36,510 nt of DNA from Armatimonadia bacterium (GTDB taxonomy: Bacteria > Armatimonadota > Zipacnadia > Zipacnadales > UBA11051). Positions 17,457 to 26,126 of this stretch are shown here, piece by piece (the stretch's first letter is position 1; each line of letters opens with the position of its first letter). Under the pieces are notes generated by a model, which worked only from the letters and a program-made list of their open reading frames with translations, made no database searches and was not told the origin of the DNA. The translations under genes and the position numbers were made by a program. The stretch is from positions 1 to 36,510 of the forward strand of contig JBDKRC010000204.1 in NCBI GenBank assembly GCA_039683575.1. The letters run 5' to 3'.

Positions 17457-17489
17457 GGCTTACGCCTAATGCGTAAGCTGGTTTGCTTT
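17421..17489 (-). ncRNA. Candidate ~70-nt structured RNA/leader upstream of the NYN gene
   Basis: Lies between a consensus promoter and a terminator; hairpin gcttacgc-attag-gcgtaagc (17458-17478) plus terminator hairpin. Start inferred from -10 spacing. Confidence 0.55.
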
Positions 17490-17495
17490 ACGGTG

Positions 17496-17523
17496 ATTAT
17501 ACCCTGGCATCACCCCATGTCAA
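17496..17523 (-). promoter_or_regulatory. Consensus sigma70 promoter TTGACA-N16-TATAAT
   Basis: Minus strand TTGACA tggggtgatgccaggg TATAAT. Confidence 0.88.
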
Positions 17524-17567
17524 CCCGCAAATCGCCTCCAATTATCCATGCGCCACCATGCTCGGGG

Positions 17568-18380
17568 TCACGGCGCTAGCGCCTTGAGCGCGCCTGCGCA
17601 GAACCGGCTGCAGCGGCGGACCCAGTCGGCGCGGTCCTGGAAGACCGAACCGTAGAGGTATTCGGCCCAGAGCGAGGCCGCGAAGTCCTTGCCGTCAAAG
17701 TAGGGCACAGACAGGTTGAAGCAGCGATGCAGCGCCTGCTTCATCAGGCTGCGGCAGCCGTGCTTGAGCGAGAGGAGCGTCGACAACTGGCCGGAGAGGT
17801 GCTTCCAGTCGTTGATGAGCTTCGCCGGAGGCTCGGGCACCGGCTGAAGGGACTGAAGGCGGGCCAGATCTTCGCGAAGCGAGCGGGTCAGCATGGGCAG
17901 ATAGCTCACCGGATCGTAGACGCGCACGGCCGGGCGGAGGTCGGGGCCCCAGAGGGGGAGGCTGTTTTCCACGAAGTCGAAAGCGTAGATCCACAGATAG
18001 CGGTCGCGGGAGAGGTATTCGCGTAGGAAGCCGGCGGGATCGGCCCAGTCGGGTTGGCGGCAGACCGTCTGCCTGTCGGCGAAGTGGCAGTCAACGAGGA
18101 ACGGCTTTTGGCGGCCGGTGCTCATCCCAAGGCGCAGGAGGGGCTCGCCAAAGTGCTGGATGACCGCGCGGAACTCCGGCAGAGAGGCGACCTCGCTGCC
18201 CTTCTCCCCCAGGCCATGCACGAAGAGCAGGTCTACATCGCTGCCACCCTCATTGAAATCATCGCGGGACAGCGATCCGACCAGAGCGACGCTGTGCAGG
18301 CCCGCGCGCTCGGCCAGAGAGGTGTCGAGGCTCGCGGCGCTGGCGTGGAGATTCTCGATCAGGCGAGTACTGAGGCCCAC
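17568..18380 (-). CDS. Nucleotidyltransferase domain protein (Pol beta superfamily)
   Basis: VGSLSRDDF...SDVDLLFV (GS...DxD); GTG 18380 preceded by GGAGG; helical C-terminal domain. Confidence 0.82.
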   Translation of the reverse strand: MGLSTRLIENLHASAASLDTSLAERAGLHSVALVGSLSRDDFNEGGSDVDLLFVHGLGEKGSEVASLPEFRAVIQHFGEPLLRLGMSTGRQKPFLVDCHFADRQTVCRQPDWADPAGFLREYLSRDRYLWIYAFDFVENSLPLWGPDLRPAVRVYDPVSYLPMLTRSLREDLARLQSLQPVPEPPAKLINDWKHLSGQLSTLLSLKHGCRSLMKQALHRCFNLSVPYFDGKDFAASLWAEYLYGSVFQDRADWVRRCSRFCAGALKALAP

Positions 18381-18473
18381 AGTGTGACCTCCGAAGGCAG
18401 ATAGTGGTTTATTCGCGTTGGGCACGGGCGGGACCTTCACGGCTGGAAGTGCTTCCCATCGGCAGGCCTTCGC

Positions 18474-18863
18474 ATGCCCATCGTCGAAACCTCCACCGCC
18501 ATGACCGACGATCAGCCCACCTACACCACTCTCGACGGCTCGCTGATCCGCGAGATCATCCGCCCGGAGCGCCAGGGCAGCCGCCACCTCAGCCTCGCCG
18601 AGGCAACCATCGCTCCCGGACAGTCCACCATTCGCCACCGCCACCATCAGTCCGAGGAGATATACTACGTTCTGTCTGGCGCGGGCACCATTGAGGTCGC
18701 GGCGCGCCTGCAGCGCGTGCAGGCGGGTGACGCTGTGCTGATCCCGCCGGGGGCCGAGCATCGCGCCACCTGCATGGGCGAGACGCCGCTGCGCATCCTC
18801 TGCGCCTGCAGTCCTCCCTACCAGCATAGTGACACTGAGCTAACGGAGGGGGAACTGGCGTAG
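18474..18863 (+). CDS. Cupin domain protein
   Basis: HRHHQSEEIYYVLSGAG and GDAVLIPPGAEH cupin motifs; start 18474 or 18501. Confidence 0.92.
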   Translation: MPIVETSTAMTDDQPTYTTLDGSLIREIIRPERQGSRHLSLAEATIAPGQSTIRHRHHQSEEIYYVLSGAGTIEVAARLQRVQAGDAVLIPPGAEHRATCMGETPLRILCACSPPYQHSDTELTEGELA

Positions 18864-18913
18864 GCGGTACCCACGCCCTGTCTCCTTCACACTACCCCAT
18901 ACCGAGGCTAACG

Positions 18914-19987
18914 ATGACTTCCCGAGAACGCGTTCTGGCCGCCTTCGCCCATACCGAACCTGATCGAGTGCCGGTCAACTATCTTGGCAACCCCGGCATC
19001 ACCGCCCGCTTGGTGAAGCACTTCGGGCTGGCGGAGGGGGACTATGGGGGGCTGCTGCAGGCGCTGCAGGTCGACTTCCGCTCGGTCGGCGCGCCCTATG
19101 TGGGGCCGCAACTGCACGAGCAACTGCCCGATCGCAGCGTGGATATCTGGGGCATCCACCGCCGCTACATCGAGCATCCGAGCGGGGGTTACTGGGATTA
19201 CTGCGATTTCCCGCTGCGCGAGGCGACGGTCGAGCAGGTGGCCGACTGGCCCCTGCCCTCACCGGACGACTTCGACGTGTCAGGCGTGGCGGAAGCCTGC
19301 AAGCGCTATGAGCCATATGCCCTCAACGGCTCGGGTGGCTTTGGCGACATCATCAACGGCAACGGGATGCTCCGGGGCATGGAGCAGACGCTGGTGGACC
19401 TTATCACCGACGACCCGGCAGGGCTGCTGCTGGCAGACCGGAGGATGGCGATCCAGCTTGAGGTGACGGAGCGGATTCTTGAAGCGGCAAAGGGGAGGGT
19501 GGACTTCGTGTGGCTGGGCGAGGACCTGGGGACGCAGATTGCCCCGATCATCAGCCCGGCAATCTTCCGCAAGCACATACGCCCGCGCTTTCAGCCGGTT
19601 TGCGACCTCGCTCGCGCGCACGGCGCCTACGTGATGATGCACTGCTGCGGGTCGAGCAGTTGGGCCTTTGAGGACTTCATCGAGATGGGCATCCAGGTCG
19701 TGGACACCCTGCAACCGGAGGCGAAGGACATGGGGCCCCGGTACCTGAAGACCACCTTCGGCGGCCGTCTGGCCTTCCATGGGGCCATTTCGACCGCCGG
19801 GCCGCTGGCTTATGGCAGCGTGGACGACGTCGTCGCCAACGTGCGCGAGACGCTCGAGATCATGATGCCCGGCGGAGGGTACTGTCTGGCGCCGACGCAC
19901 CAGATCCAGGACAACACGCCGACTGGGAACGTGCTGGCGATGTACGAGACGGCGCGGACTGTCGGCACCTACAGCAACAAGGTCTAG
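18914..19987 (+). CDS. Uroporphyrinogen decarboxylase (UroD/MetE-like) family protein
   Basis: MTSRERVLAAFAHTEPDRVP, LRGMEQ, EDLGTQ, MHCCG, GGYCLAPTHQIQ; the non-HemE subfamily expanded in carbohydrate degraders. Confidence 0.92.
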   Translation: MTSRERVLAAFAHTEPDRVPVNYLGNPGITARLVKHFGLAEGDYGGLLQALQVDFRSVGAPYVGPQLHEQLPDRSVDIWGIHRRYIEHPSGGYWDYCDFPLREATVEQVADWPLPSPDDFDVSGVAEACKRYEPYALNGSGGFGDIINGNGMLRGMEQTLVDLITDDPAGLLLADRRMAIQLEVTERILEAAKGRVDFVWLGEDLGTQIAPIISPAIFRKHIRPRFQPVCDLARAHGAYVMMHCCGSSSWAFEDFIEMGIQVVDTLQPEAKDMGPRYLKTTFGGRLAFHGAISTAGPLAYGSVDDVVANVRETLEIMMPGGGYCLAPTHQIQDNTPTGNVLAMYETARTVGTYSNKV

Positions 19988-19997
19988 GAAGGCAACA

Positions 19998-21773
19998 ATG
20001 CGTAGGCTCTGCCTGCTGGCGCTAATAGGAGTTGGTATCATGGCGACCTCCGCCGCCTCGGCGGCTAACAAGCGTGTTGTGACGCTGGCCTCGGTTTGTC
20101 TGCTCGATGGCAAGCAGTACCAGACACGGGAGTATGTAGTCTCGGCACTGAAGACGGTCCCGGCCAAGACCGACCTCGTGGCGCTGCCCCACATGCCCTT
20201 CCTGACCTATCGCGGACGGGCCACCGCGCGGGATCTGGCGCCGTTTGTGGAACTGGCGCGGCAGCGGAAGACCTATGTGGCGCTCTCGCTGACGGAGGAA
20301 GCGGCGGGGCAGACGTTCTACACCGCACTGCTGCTGGACCGGACCGGGAAGATCGTGGGGCGCTATCGCAAGACCCACAAGATGGCCGACGACCCGCAGG
20401 AACTGGCACTGGGTGATGACCTGCCGGTGTTTGAGACCGACTTCGGCAAAGTCGGCCTGACCATCACGACCGATTTCTACTTCTTTGAGCCGTACAATGC
20501 GCTGGCGATGAAGGGCGCGGAGGTGATCGTCTGGCACGACTATCCGGAGCGGGTGAGGGACTATGGCGGGCACGAGCCGCTGCTCATGGCGCGGTGCCTG
20601 GATGCCCATGCGCACATGGTAGCGGCGACCTATGCCGACCCGCGCACCTACATCACCAATAGCTGGGACATGGGCATGCCAGGGGCCGCGTGGGGGCGGA
20701 GCATGGTGCTGAACCGCGTGGGGACCCCGGTGGCGGACACGGGGTATGAGGACGGCGTGGCCGTGGCGCGCGTGGACCTGGACAAGCGGAAGCTGGAGGT
20801 CTACCAGCCCGCTTGTGAAAACGAGAATATCTTCTTCGTGAACAACTACGGGGACCGTAAGGCCTTTGCTCCGGTAGCCGGGCCCTGGACGCCGCCGAAG
20901 CTGCCGAAATATGCCAAGCGCACGGCGCGGGTGGCCGTGGCGTGGCTGCCACGGCGTGATAGCTGGGTGCGGGGGAAGATGCCGGAGAGGATGCTGAAGC
21001 TGATCGAGCGGGCAGGAGAGATCAAGCCCGACCTGGTGCTGCTATCCGAGATGAGCACCAGCTACGAGGATGCGACCACACTGGACGCGGCGGCGAAGGT
21101 GGGGGAACTGGCCCGCAAGCTCGGAAGCTATGTGGCCATCGGGGGCCTCGGCGACAAGGATCAGGTCAGCTACATGCGGGTATGGGACCGGCAGGGCAAA
21201 GAGATCTACGCCCAGGCATTGTACTGGCCCAAGGGTTACCCGGAGATCAGGGTCTTCGACACCGACTTCGGGCGGGTGGGCTCGCATGAGTGCGGAGACC
21301 TGTACCTCCCGGAGTTCGACCGCACCTTGGGGCTGCTGGGGGCGGAGCTGATCATCGATGCCTCGCAAATGTGGGGGGCGAGTGGGCGGACGAATGAGAC
21401 GCTGCTGCGGGCGCGGGCGATTGACAACGGCGTGTGGCTGGCCTGCGCGCACTGGCCCACCTCCGACCCCTCGCTACGGAGCCTGATCGTTGACCCCTAC
21501 GGCCAGATCATGGCCTCCTCGACCTTCGAGGATGAGGGCATCATCTACCGGGACCTTGATTTTGACCAAGAGCGGGTGTACTACGCGGGGCAGAAGGCGG
21601 AGCAAGCCACGCCGGGGACGGCAGGCATCCCGGCGTACTTCAGCGACAACATGCCTGACCAGAAGTGGGGCTGGCGGGAGATGATGCTCAAGGCACGGCG
21701 GCCGGAGTTGTATGGAATACTGCCGACATGTAATGAGGTGACGGCGCGGTATCGGGGCGAGAAGTGCCCGTAG
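19998..21773 (+). CDS. Secreted tandem carbon-nitrogen hydrolase (nitrilase superfamily) protein
   Basis: Signal peptide; two CN-hydrolase domains (GRYRKTH...PVFETDFGKVG; VFDTDFGRVG..CGD, RARAIDN, SLIVDPYG, RRPELY). Confidence 0.88.
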   Translation: MRRLCLLALIGVGIMATSAASAANKRVVTLASVCLLDGKQYQTREYVVSALKTVPAKTDLVALPHMPFLTYRGRATARDLAPFVELARQRKTYVALSLTEEAAGQTFYTALLLDRTGKIVGRYRKTHKMADDPQELALGDDLPVFETDFGKVGLTITTDFYFFEPYNALAMKGAEVIVWHDYPERVRDYGGHEPLLMARCLDAHAHMVAATYADPRTYITNSWDMGMPGAAWGRSMVLNRVGTPVADTGYEDGVAVARVDLDKRKLEVYQPACENENIFFVNNYGDRKAFAPVAGPWTPPKLPKYAKRTARVAVAWLPRRDSWVRGKMPERMLKLIERAGEIKPDLVLLSEMSTSYEDATTLDAAAKVGELARKLGSYVAIGGLGDKDQVSYMRVWDRQGKEIYAQALYWPKGYPEIRVFDTDFGRVGSHECGDLYLPEFDRTLGLLGAELIIDASQMWGASGRTNETLLRARAIDNGVWLACAHWPTSDPSLRSLIVDPYGQIMASSTFEDEGIIYRDLDFDQERVYYAGQKAEQATPGTAGIPAYFSDNMPDQKWGWREMMLKARRPELYGILPTCNEVTARYRGEKCP

Positions 21774-21979
21774 GTAGCGATCGAAGCGCTGGATATTTGC
21801 TCACAATAGTCGGGAAGAATGCAGGACAGAGGCGCATACATAACGAAGTGAGATCAATCCGGGGGGGCCAGCGGTATAGCCTCACGACCCCTCCCTGATC
21901 CCAAAAGACCGCACAACATAGCTCTTGATCACGGGCTCTCATTGAGTCACGTTGATATCTGCCACGGAGGGGTGCGCCA

Positions 21980-22171
21980 ATGTCCAAGAAGCGTATTGAC
22001 GTCAACGTCACATCACCGGGGATGTTCCAGAGCGAGTATTACGCAGTTGCCAGGGATGAGGGCGGTAACGAAGTCGCATATGCCTATGGCCGCGACAGGC
22101 GGGAAGCAACGGTCAAAGTAGTGCAGAAGGTGCGAGAACGCTACGGCAGTGACGCAGAAATCCTCTACTAA
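21980..22171 (+). CDS. Small hypothetical protein (63 aa)
   Basis: GGAGGG RBS; first of three co-oriented lower-GC ORFs. Confidence 0.6.
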   Translation: MSKKRIDVNVTSPGMFQSEYYAVARDEGGNEVAYAYGRDRREATVKVVQKVRERYGSDAEILY

Positions 22172-22210
22172 AGAGGAGTTGTACCATATCGCATGGGAGG
22201 AAGATACGAC

Positions 22211-22441
22211 ATGCAGTACAAGACCGAGTTTCTGCCGCGGGAGTTCACGGGTAGTAGGGATGTTATGCAGAACGCAGCGGCATACATTGACGGGCGTCTG
22301 GCAGAGTGGGCGAGCAAAGGCTGGGAACTGGACCAGATCGGGCAGATATCGATCAGCGAGAAACCTGGATGTCTAGCCAGTCTGCTTGGCGCTAAGGCCA
22401 TGGAGACAGAATTGAACTGCCTCATCTTCAGAAAAGCGTAG
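22211..22441 (+). CDS. Small hypothetical protein (DUF4177-like)
   Basis: GGGAGG RBS; MQYK...LAEWASKGWEL...PGCLASLLG...LIFRK pattern. Confidence 0.65.
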   Translation: MQYKTEFLPREFTGSRDVMQNAAAYIDGRLAEWASKGWELDQIGQISISEKPGCLASLLGAKAMETELNCLIFRKA

Positions 22442-22513
22442 GCGATTCGAGCTGGTGGCCAGAGTTGCGTCCGGCACTCTGGCCACATATCCGAACTCCG
22501 GGAGGAGAGTGCC

Positions 22514-22951
22514 ATGAGTTCCTTTGCCGACCTCTTTTCTGGGCTGAATTTCGAGAGAACCATCCGGCGCTTCTGCAGTGACCAGAGCTGGGTCATAGCC
22601 GAAGTCAACGACCGCAAGGCTGTACTGCGGTTCAACATGGAGTCGGGGCGCAAACAGACACTTTTCATACTGAAATACGAGTCTACTCTTGAATTCTCAG
22701 TGCCCAGCGGAGCGCAGTTTGACAGCGAAGACGAGATACCGGACTTTCTGTCCACGCTCCTACTGAAGCGCAGTGCACAACGCAAGATCGGGTTCTGGTG
22801 CATCGAGAAGATTGGCTCCCGCCACGTCTACTCGTGTATGCACAACGCAGAGTTCCAGCTAATCGACAGCGTGTTCTTTGCGAAGGTTGTTCGTGCCCTG
22901 ATTGGTGAGTGCGACGAGTTCGAGGGTGAACTGCTCAGACTATTGGCCTAA
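22514..22951 (+). CDS. Hypothetical protein, YbjN/CesT (type III chaperone)-like fold
   Basis: GGAGGAG RBS; 145 aa acidic protein with LLLKRSAQRKIGFW and C-terminal helix ECDEFEGEL. Confidence 0.65.
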   Translation: MSSFADLFSGLNFERTIRRFCSDQSWVIAEVNDRKAVLRFNMESGRKQTLFILKYESTLEFSVPSGAQFDSEDEIPDFLSTLLLKRSAQRKIGFWCIEKIGSRHVYSCMHNAEFQLIDSVFFAKVVRALIGECDEFEGELLRLLA

Positions 22952-23010
22952 GGCGACAGCGCGGTACCGCGGGGAGAAGTGCCCGTAGACGACAGTTTGC
23001 ACTCAGAACG

Positions 23011-23039
23011 AGAGGGGCAGGCACTCAGCCTGCCCCTCT
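23011..23039. terminator. 12-bp hairpin, probable terminator
   Basis: agaggggcaggc-actca-gcctgcccctct. Confidence 0.65.
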
Positions 23040-23059
23040 TCGATTCCCGGGGTGTGGGA

Positions 23060-23155
23060 CTATCGACCCCACCAGCACTTCGAGACCGCGTCGTTGCCGG
23101 TGTCGCCCTCGAGCAGGCTGCGCTTGACCCGCTTGACGTGGCCGTCGGCCACGTA
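23060..23155 (-). pseudogene. 3' remnant of an H-X9-DG/DUF1559-type gene
   Basis: Reads YVADGHVKRVKRSLLEGDTGNDAVSKCWWGR*, matching the FADGHAK C-terminal motif of the neighbouring intact gene; nothing homologous upstream. Confidence 0.55.
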
Positions 23156-23294
23156 TGTCTCATGTTTGCCACAAGTATGCAGGAATCTTAACCATGCTAC
23201 GGAACCTTGGCCTGCTGTCACGGGTCCTTCACAGAAGGATACCTGCGTAAGCAGAACTTCGTAGAGAATCGTTACATCGGAGGAGGCCATCTAG

Positions 23295-23933
23295 TTGCGC
23301 AAAGGTTTTACATTGATTGAGCTATTGGTTGTAATCGCTATCATCGCGATTCTGGCGGCAATCCTGTTCCCGGTTTTCGCCAAGGCACGTGAGAAGGCCC
23401 GGCAGACGAGTTGTCTGTCGAACCTCAAGCAGATGGGTACCGCGCTTTTGATGTATGCGCAGGACTATGACGAAGTGTATATGCCCAGCGGCTACGTGAT
23501 CCCGAGCCTGGGCACCGACCCCAACGTGAACTGGTGGCGCTTTTTGATCCAGCCGTACATCAAGAACTGGCAGGTCTTCCTGTGCCCGTCCTCGGCGTAC
23601 ACGGGCGTCCCGTCGAACCCGGCGGCGCAGCTTACCAACGCCTACGGCTACACGAGCACGCTCAACTGCCGCGCGCAGGGCACGATCACGAAGCCGGCGG
23701 AGTTCATTGCGATGGGCGACTCGGTACACTGGATCGGCGACTGCTACGGGTTGTGGACGTACGCGTTCGCCGCGCCGAGCGGCTGGCCGGGCAACTTCTC
23801 GACCAACCCGGCGAGCCGCACCGAGTCCAACACGCGGCACAACTTCGGGTCCAACCTGACGTTTGCCGACGGGCACGCGAAGTGGTACCAGACGAATGCC
23901 ATTTTGGGGATGACAACGGCGCTGACGCCGTAA
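23295..23933 (+). CDS. Prepilin-type N-terminal cleavage/methylation domain protein (DUF1559, H-X9-DG)
   Basis: [62 protein letters not shown] start with GGAGGAGG. Confidence 0.96.
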   Translation: MRKGFTLIELLVVIAIIAILAAILFPVFAKAREKARQTSCLSNLKQMGTALLMYAQDYDEVYMPSGYVIPSLGTDPNVNWWRFLIQPYIKNWQVFLCPSSAYTGVPSNPAAQLTNAYGYTSTLNCRAQGTITKPAEFIAMGDSVHWIGDCYGLWTYAFAAPSGWPGNFSTNPASRTESNTRHNFGSNLTFADGHAKWYQTNAILGMTTALTP

Positions 23934-23959
23934 CGGCACGGTAAGTCCGAGGGAATGAG

Positions 23960-23993
23960 AAGGGCCAGACCTTGTTTGAGGTCTGGCCCTTTT
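23960..23993 (+). terminator. Intrinsic terminator
   Basis: aagggccagacc-ttgtttga-ggtctggccctttt. Confidence 0.8.
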
Positions 23994-24015
23994 GCGTGTT
24001 GGCGATTGTTACGGC

Positions 24016-24043
24016 GCGGCGGGGTACGAGCCCCCGCCCTACA
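24016..24043. repeat. Solo arm of family A REP
   Basis: gcggcggggtacgagcccccgccctaca, identical to the right arm at 9565-9592. Confidence 0.9.
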
Positions 24044-24054
24044 ACAGATGACTG

Positions 24055-25095
24055 CTACGCGGGCAGTTCGCTAACCTTCACCGGGCGTCCCTCCGCCAGG
24101 GACTTCTCGATGGCGAAGATTACCCGGAACGTCTTGAACGCGTCCGCGACGTTGATGACGTCGTCCTTGCCTTCCTTGAGCGCGCTCATGAAGGCGTCTA
24201 TCTGCGGCGGGTAGGGGTGGTCGAGGACGTCGCCGCTCGTGGCTTCTGCCGTCGGGATCTCGATCCACTCTTCCTTGTTCACGCCCTTGATCTTGGTGGA
24301 GGAGAGCTTGGTGCCCAGGAGCGTGCCCTCGCTGCCCACGAGATGGACGTTGAAGACGTACGGCTGGCGGCAGTCCACGCAGGACACGCACTTGCCGATG
24401 GTGCCGTTGGCGAACTTCAGGAGCGAGACCGAGGTGCTGTCATACTCGTAGTCCTGCGCCCAGTCGGCGGCGGACTTGTTGGAGTAGGCAAAGACTTCCT
24501 CGACCTCGCTGTCGGCAAAGAACAGCAGGCTGTCGAGGGCGTGGCAGCCAGCGGTGATGAGGGAGCTGACCCCGATCTCCTTCTTGACGTTCCAGGGGTG
24601 CTGCGCGTACCACGGGCCGATGCCGTGGTAGTAGTCCACCTCGAGGTGGTGGACCCTGCCGAGCAGGCCCTGGCCCACCAGCGACTTGACCAGCGTCATG
24701 TGCGGGATGAAGCGCAGTTCGAAGAAGACGCTACTGCTCACGCCGGTCTTCTTGACGACGTCGCGGATGGCCAGCAGGTCTTCGTAGGTGGTCGCGAGGG
24801 GCTTTTCGATCAAGAGGTGCTTATCGGCCTCGGCGGCCTTGATCGCCTGCGGGGCGTGCATGTTGTGCGGGGTGCACAGGTCCACGACCTGCAGCCCCGG
24901 GTGCTTCAGGAACTCATCGTAGTCATGGTACAGCTTCGCCGCCGGGTTGCCTGCCATGCAGGCGACCTCATCCTGGCTGAGGTCCTTGCTCGAGCAAAAG
25001 GCGGTGATCTCACAATCGGGGTTGTTGATAAAGGCGGGAATGTGGCCGCTGGCGGCCCAGCCGAGGCCGACAACGCCGACGCTGAATTTGGACAT
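24055..25095 (-). CDS. Gfo/Idh/MocA family oxidoreductase
   Basis: VGVVGLGW, LCTPHNMH, LLIEKP, AGCHALD; GGAGGAG RBS. Confidence 0.94.
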   Translation of the reverse strand: MSKFSVGVVGLGWAASGHIPAFINNPDCEITAFCSSKDLSQDEVACMAGNPAAKLYHDYDEFLKHPGLQVVDLCTPHNMHAPQAIKAAEADKHLLIEKPLATTYEDLLAIRDVVKKTGVSSSVFFELRFIPHMTLVKSLVGQGLLGRVHHLEVDYYHGIGPWYAQHPWNVKKEIGVSSLITAGCHALDSLLFFADSEVEEVFAYSNKSAADWAQDYEYDSTSVSLLKFANGTIGKCVSCVDCRQPYVFNVHLVGSEGTLLGTKLSSTKIKGVNKEEWIEIPTAEATSGDVLDHPYPPQIDAFMSALKEGKDDVINVADAFKTFRVIFAIEKSLAEGRPVKVSELPA

Positions 25096-25135
25096 GGTAG
25101 CTCCTCCGTGGTAGCCGGTTGTATATCACTCTAGC

Positions 25136-25161
25136 CGCGTGGGAGGCATGCCTCCCACGCG
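25136..25161. repeat. Perfect 26-bp palindrome
   Basis: cgcgtgggaggca|tgcctcccacgcg. Confidence 0.85.
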
Positions 25162-25171
25162 TTTGGGGGGT

Positions 25172-25972
25172 CTAGTCGAAGCTCGGCTCGGGCAACGGGC
25201 GCGTCTGGACCCTGCTGCCAAGCACTTCGCTGAGCTTGTCGCAGTCTTCAGCGGACAGGCCGCCGTGCAGGTGCTGGCGGAAGCCCTCCGCATACGGCAG
25301 CGGCGAGGGTGCCATCTTGCCCATCTGGGCGCAAACGTCGCGCATGGTCAGCAGGTAAGAGTCCATGCCCTGGCTGGCGTCCAGCCATTCTTTCTGCGAC
25401 ACGTGGCGGCGGAGCATCTCTTCCTTGGTGTCGATCTTGTCGTTGATGTCCACATAGAGCGTCGGTACGACGAGGTTGCGCATGCCGTCGTGGTTGCCGT
25501 GCGGGTTGCAGTGGTAGACATACACATCCTGCATCGTCGGCGACTGGACGGGGTTGGAGAGCCAGTTGCGCATCCCGCGCGTGAAGCAGGCGCTAACGGT
25601 CAGGCGGCAGGCGTTCTGGTGGTCTTCCATGTAGTCGTTGGGGGATTGGGTGAGCACGATCTCCGGCGCAAGCTCCCGGACGACGGCCGTGACCTCGCGC
25701 AGGGTCTTCTCATCATAGAAGATCTCGATGTCGTTGACGATACCCTCATGGTAGGTGGCGCCAATGACTGAGGCGGCGCTATGGCCCTCGGAGGCCCGCA
25801 TGCGGACGATCTCATTGTGATCGAATACGGCGGTGCCGCAGTTACCGTTGCCGACGGTGAAAATGTGTAGTTCGTAGCCGGCGTCGCCGAGGGCGGCGAG
25901 AGTGCCGGCCATCATGAACTCGACATCATCAGGATGGGCCCCGACGGCGAGAGCGACTTTCTTGTTAGACAT
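25172..25972 (-). CDS. PIG-L/LmbE family deacetylase
   Basis: AHPDD metal motif, R..E, DYMEDHQ, HVSQ; ATG 25972 with GGAG. Confidence 0.93.
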   Translation of the reverse strand: MSNKKVALAVGAHPDDVEFMMAGTLAALGDAGYELHIFTVGNGNCGTAVFDHNEIVRMRASEGHSAASVIGATYHEGIVNDIEIFYDEKTLREVTAVVRELAPEIVLTQSPNDYMEDHQNACRLTVSACFTRGMRNWLSNPVQSPTMQDVYVYHCNPHGNHDGMRNLVVPTLYVDINDKIDTKEEMLRRHVSQKEWLDASQGMDSYLLTMRDVCAQMGKMAPSPLPYAEGFRQHLHGGLSAEDCDKLSEVLGSRVQTRPLPEPSFD

Positions 25973-26016
25973 GGTGCTATGCATCTCCAAACGGATTAGG
26001 TTGTGCCAAAGAGAAC

Positions 26017-26038
26017 TTGTGGGAGAGCCCTCCCACAA
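26017..26038. repeat. Collapsed family B REP
   Basis: ttgtgggag-agcc-ctcccacaa; shares gagagccctcccacaa with 30388-30403. Confidence 0.75.
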
Positions 26039-26126
26039 CCATTGGATGGGATTGCTCACCCTCTTTGGACACAACCATTAGGGTTAGGCTGCCGGACAGT
26101 TCGGCGCCAATGCGCCGGTTTCCTTC

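Noticed and set aside
18914-19987. Calling this gene hemE
   Set aside because: Lacks the MRQAGR signature of true HemE.
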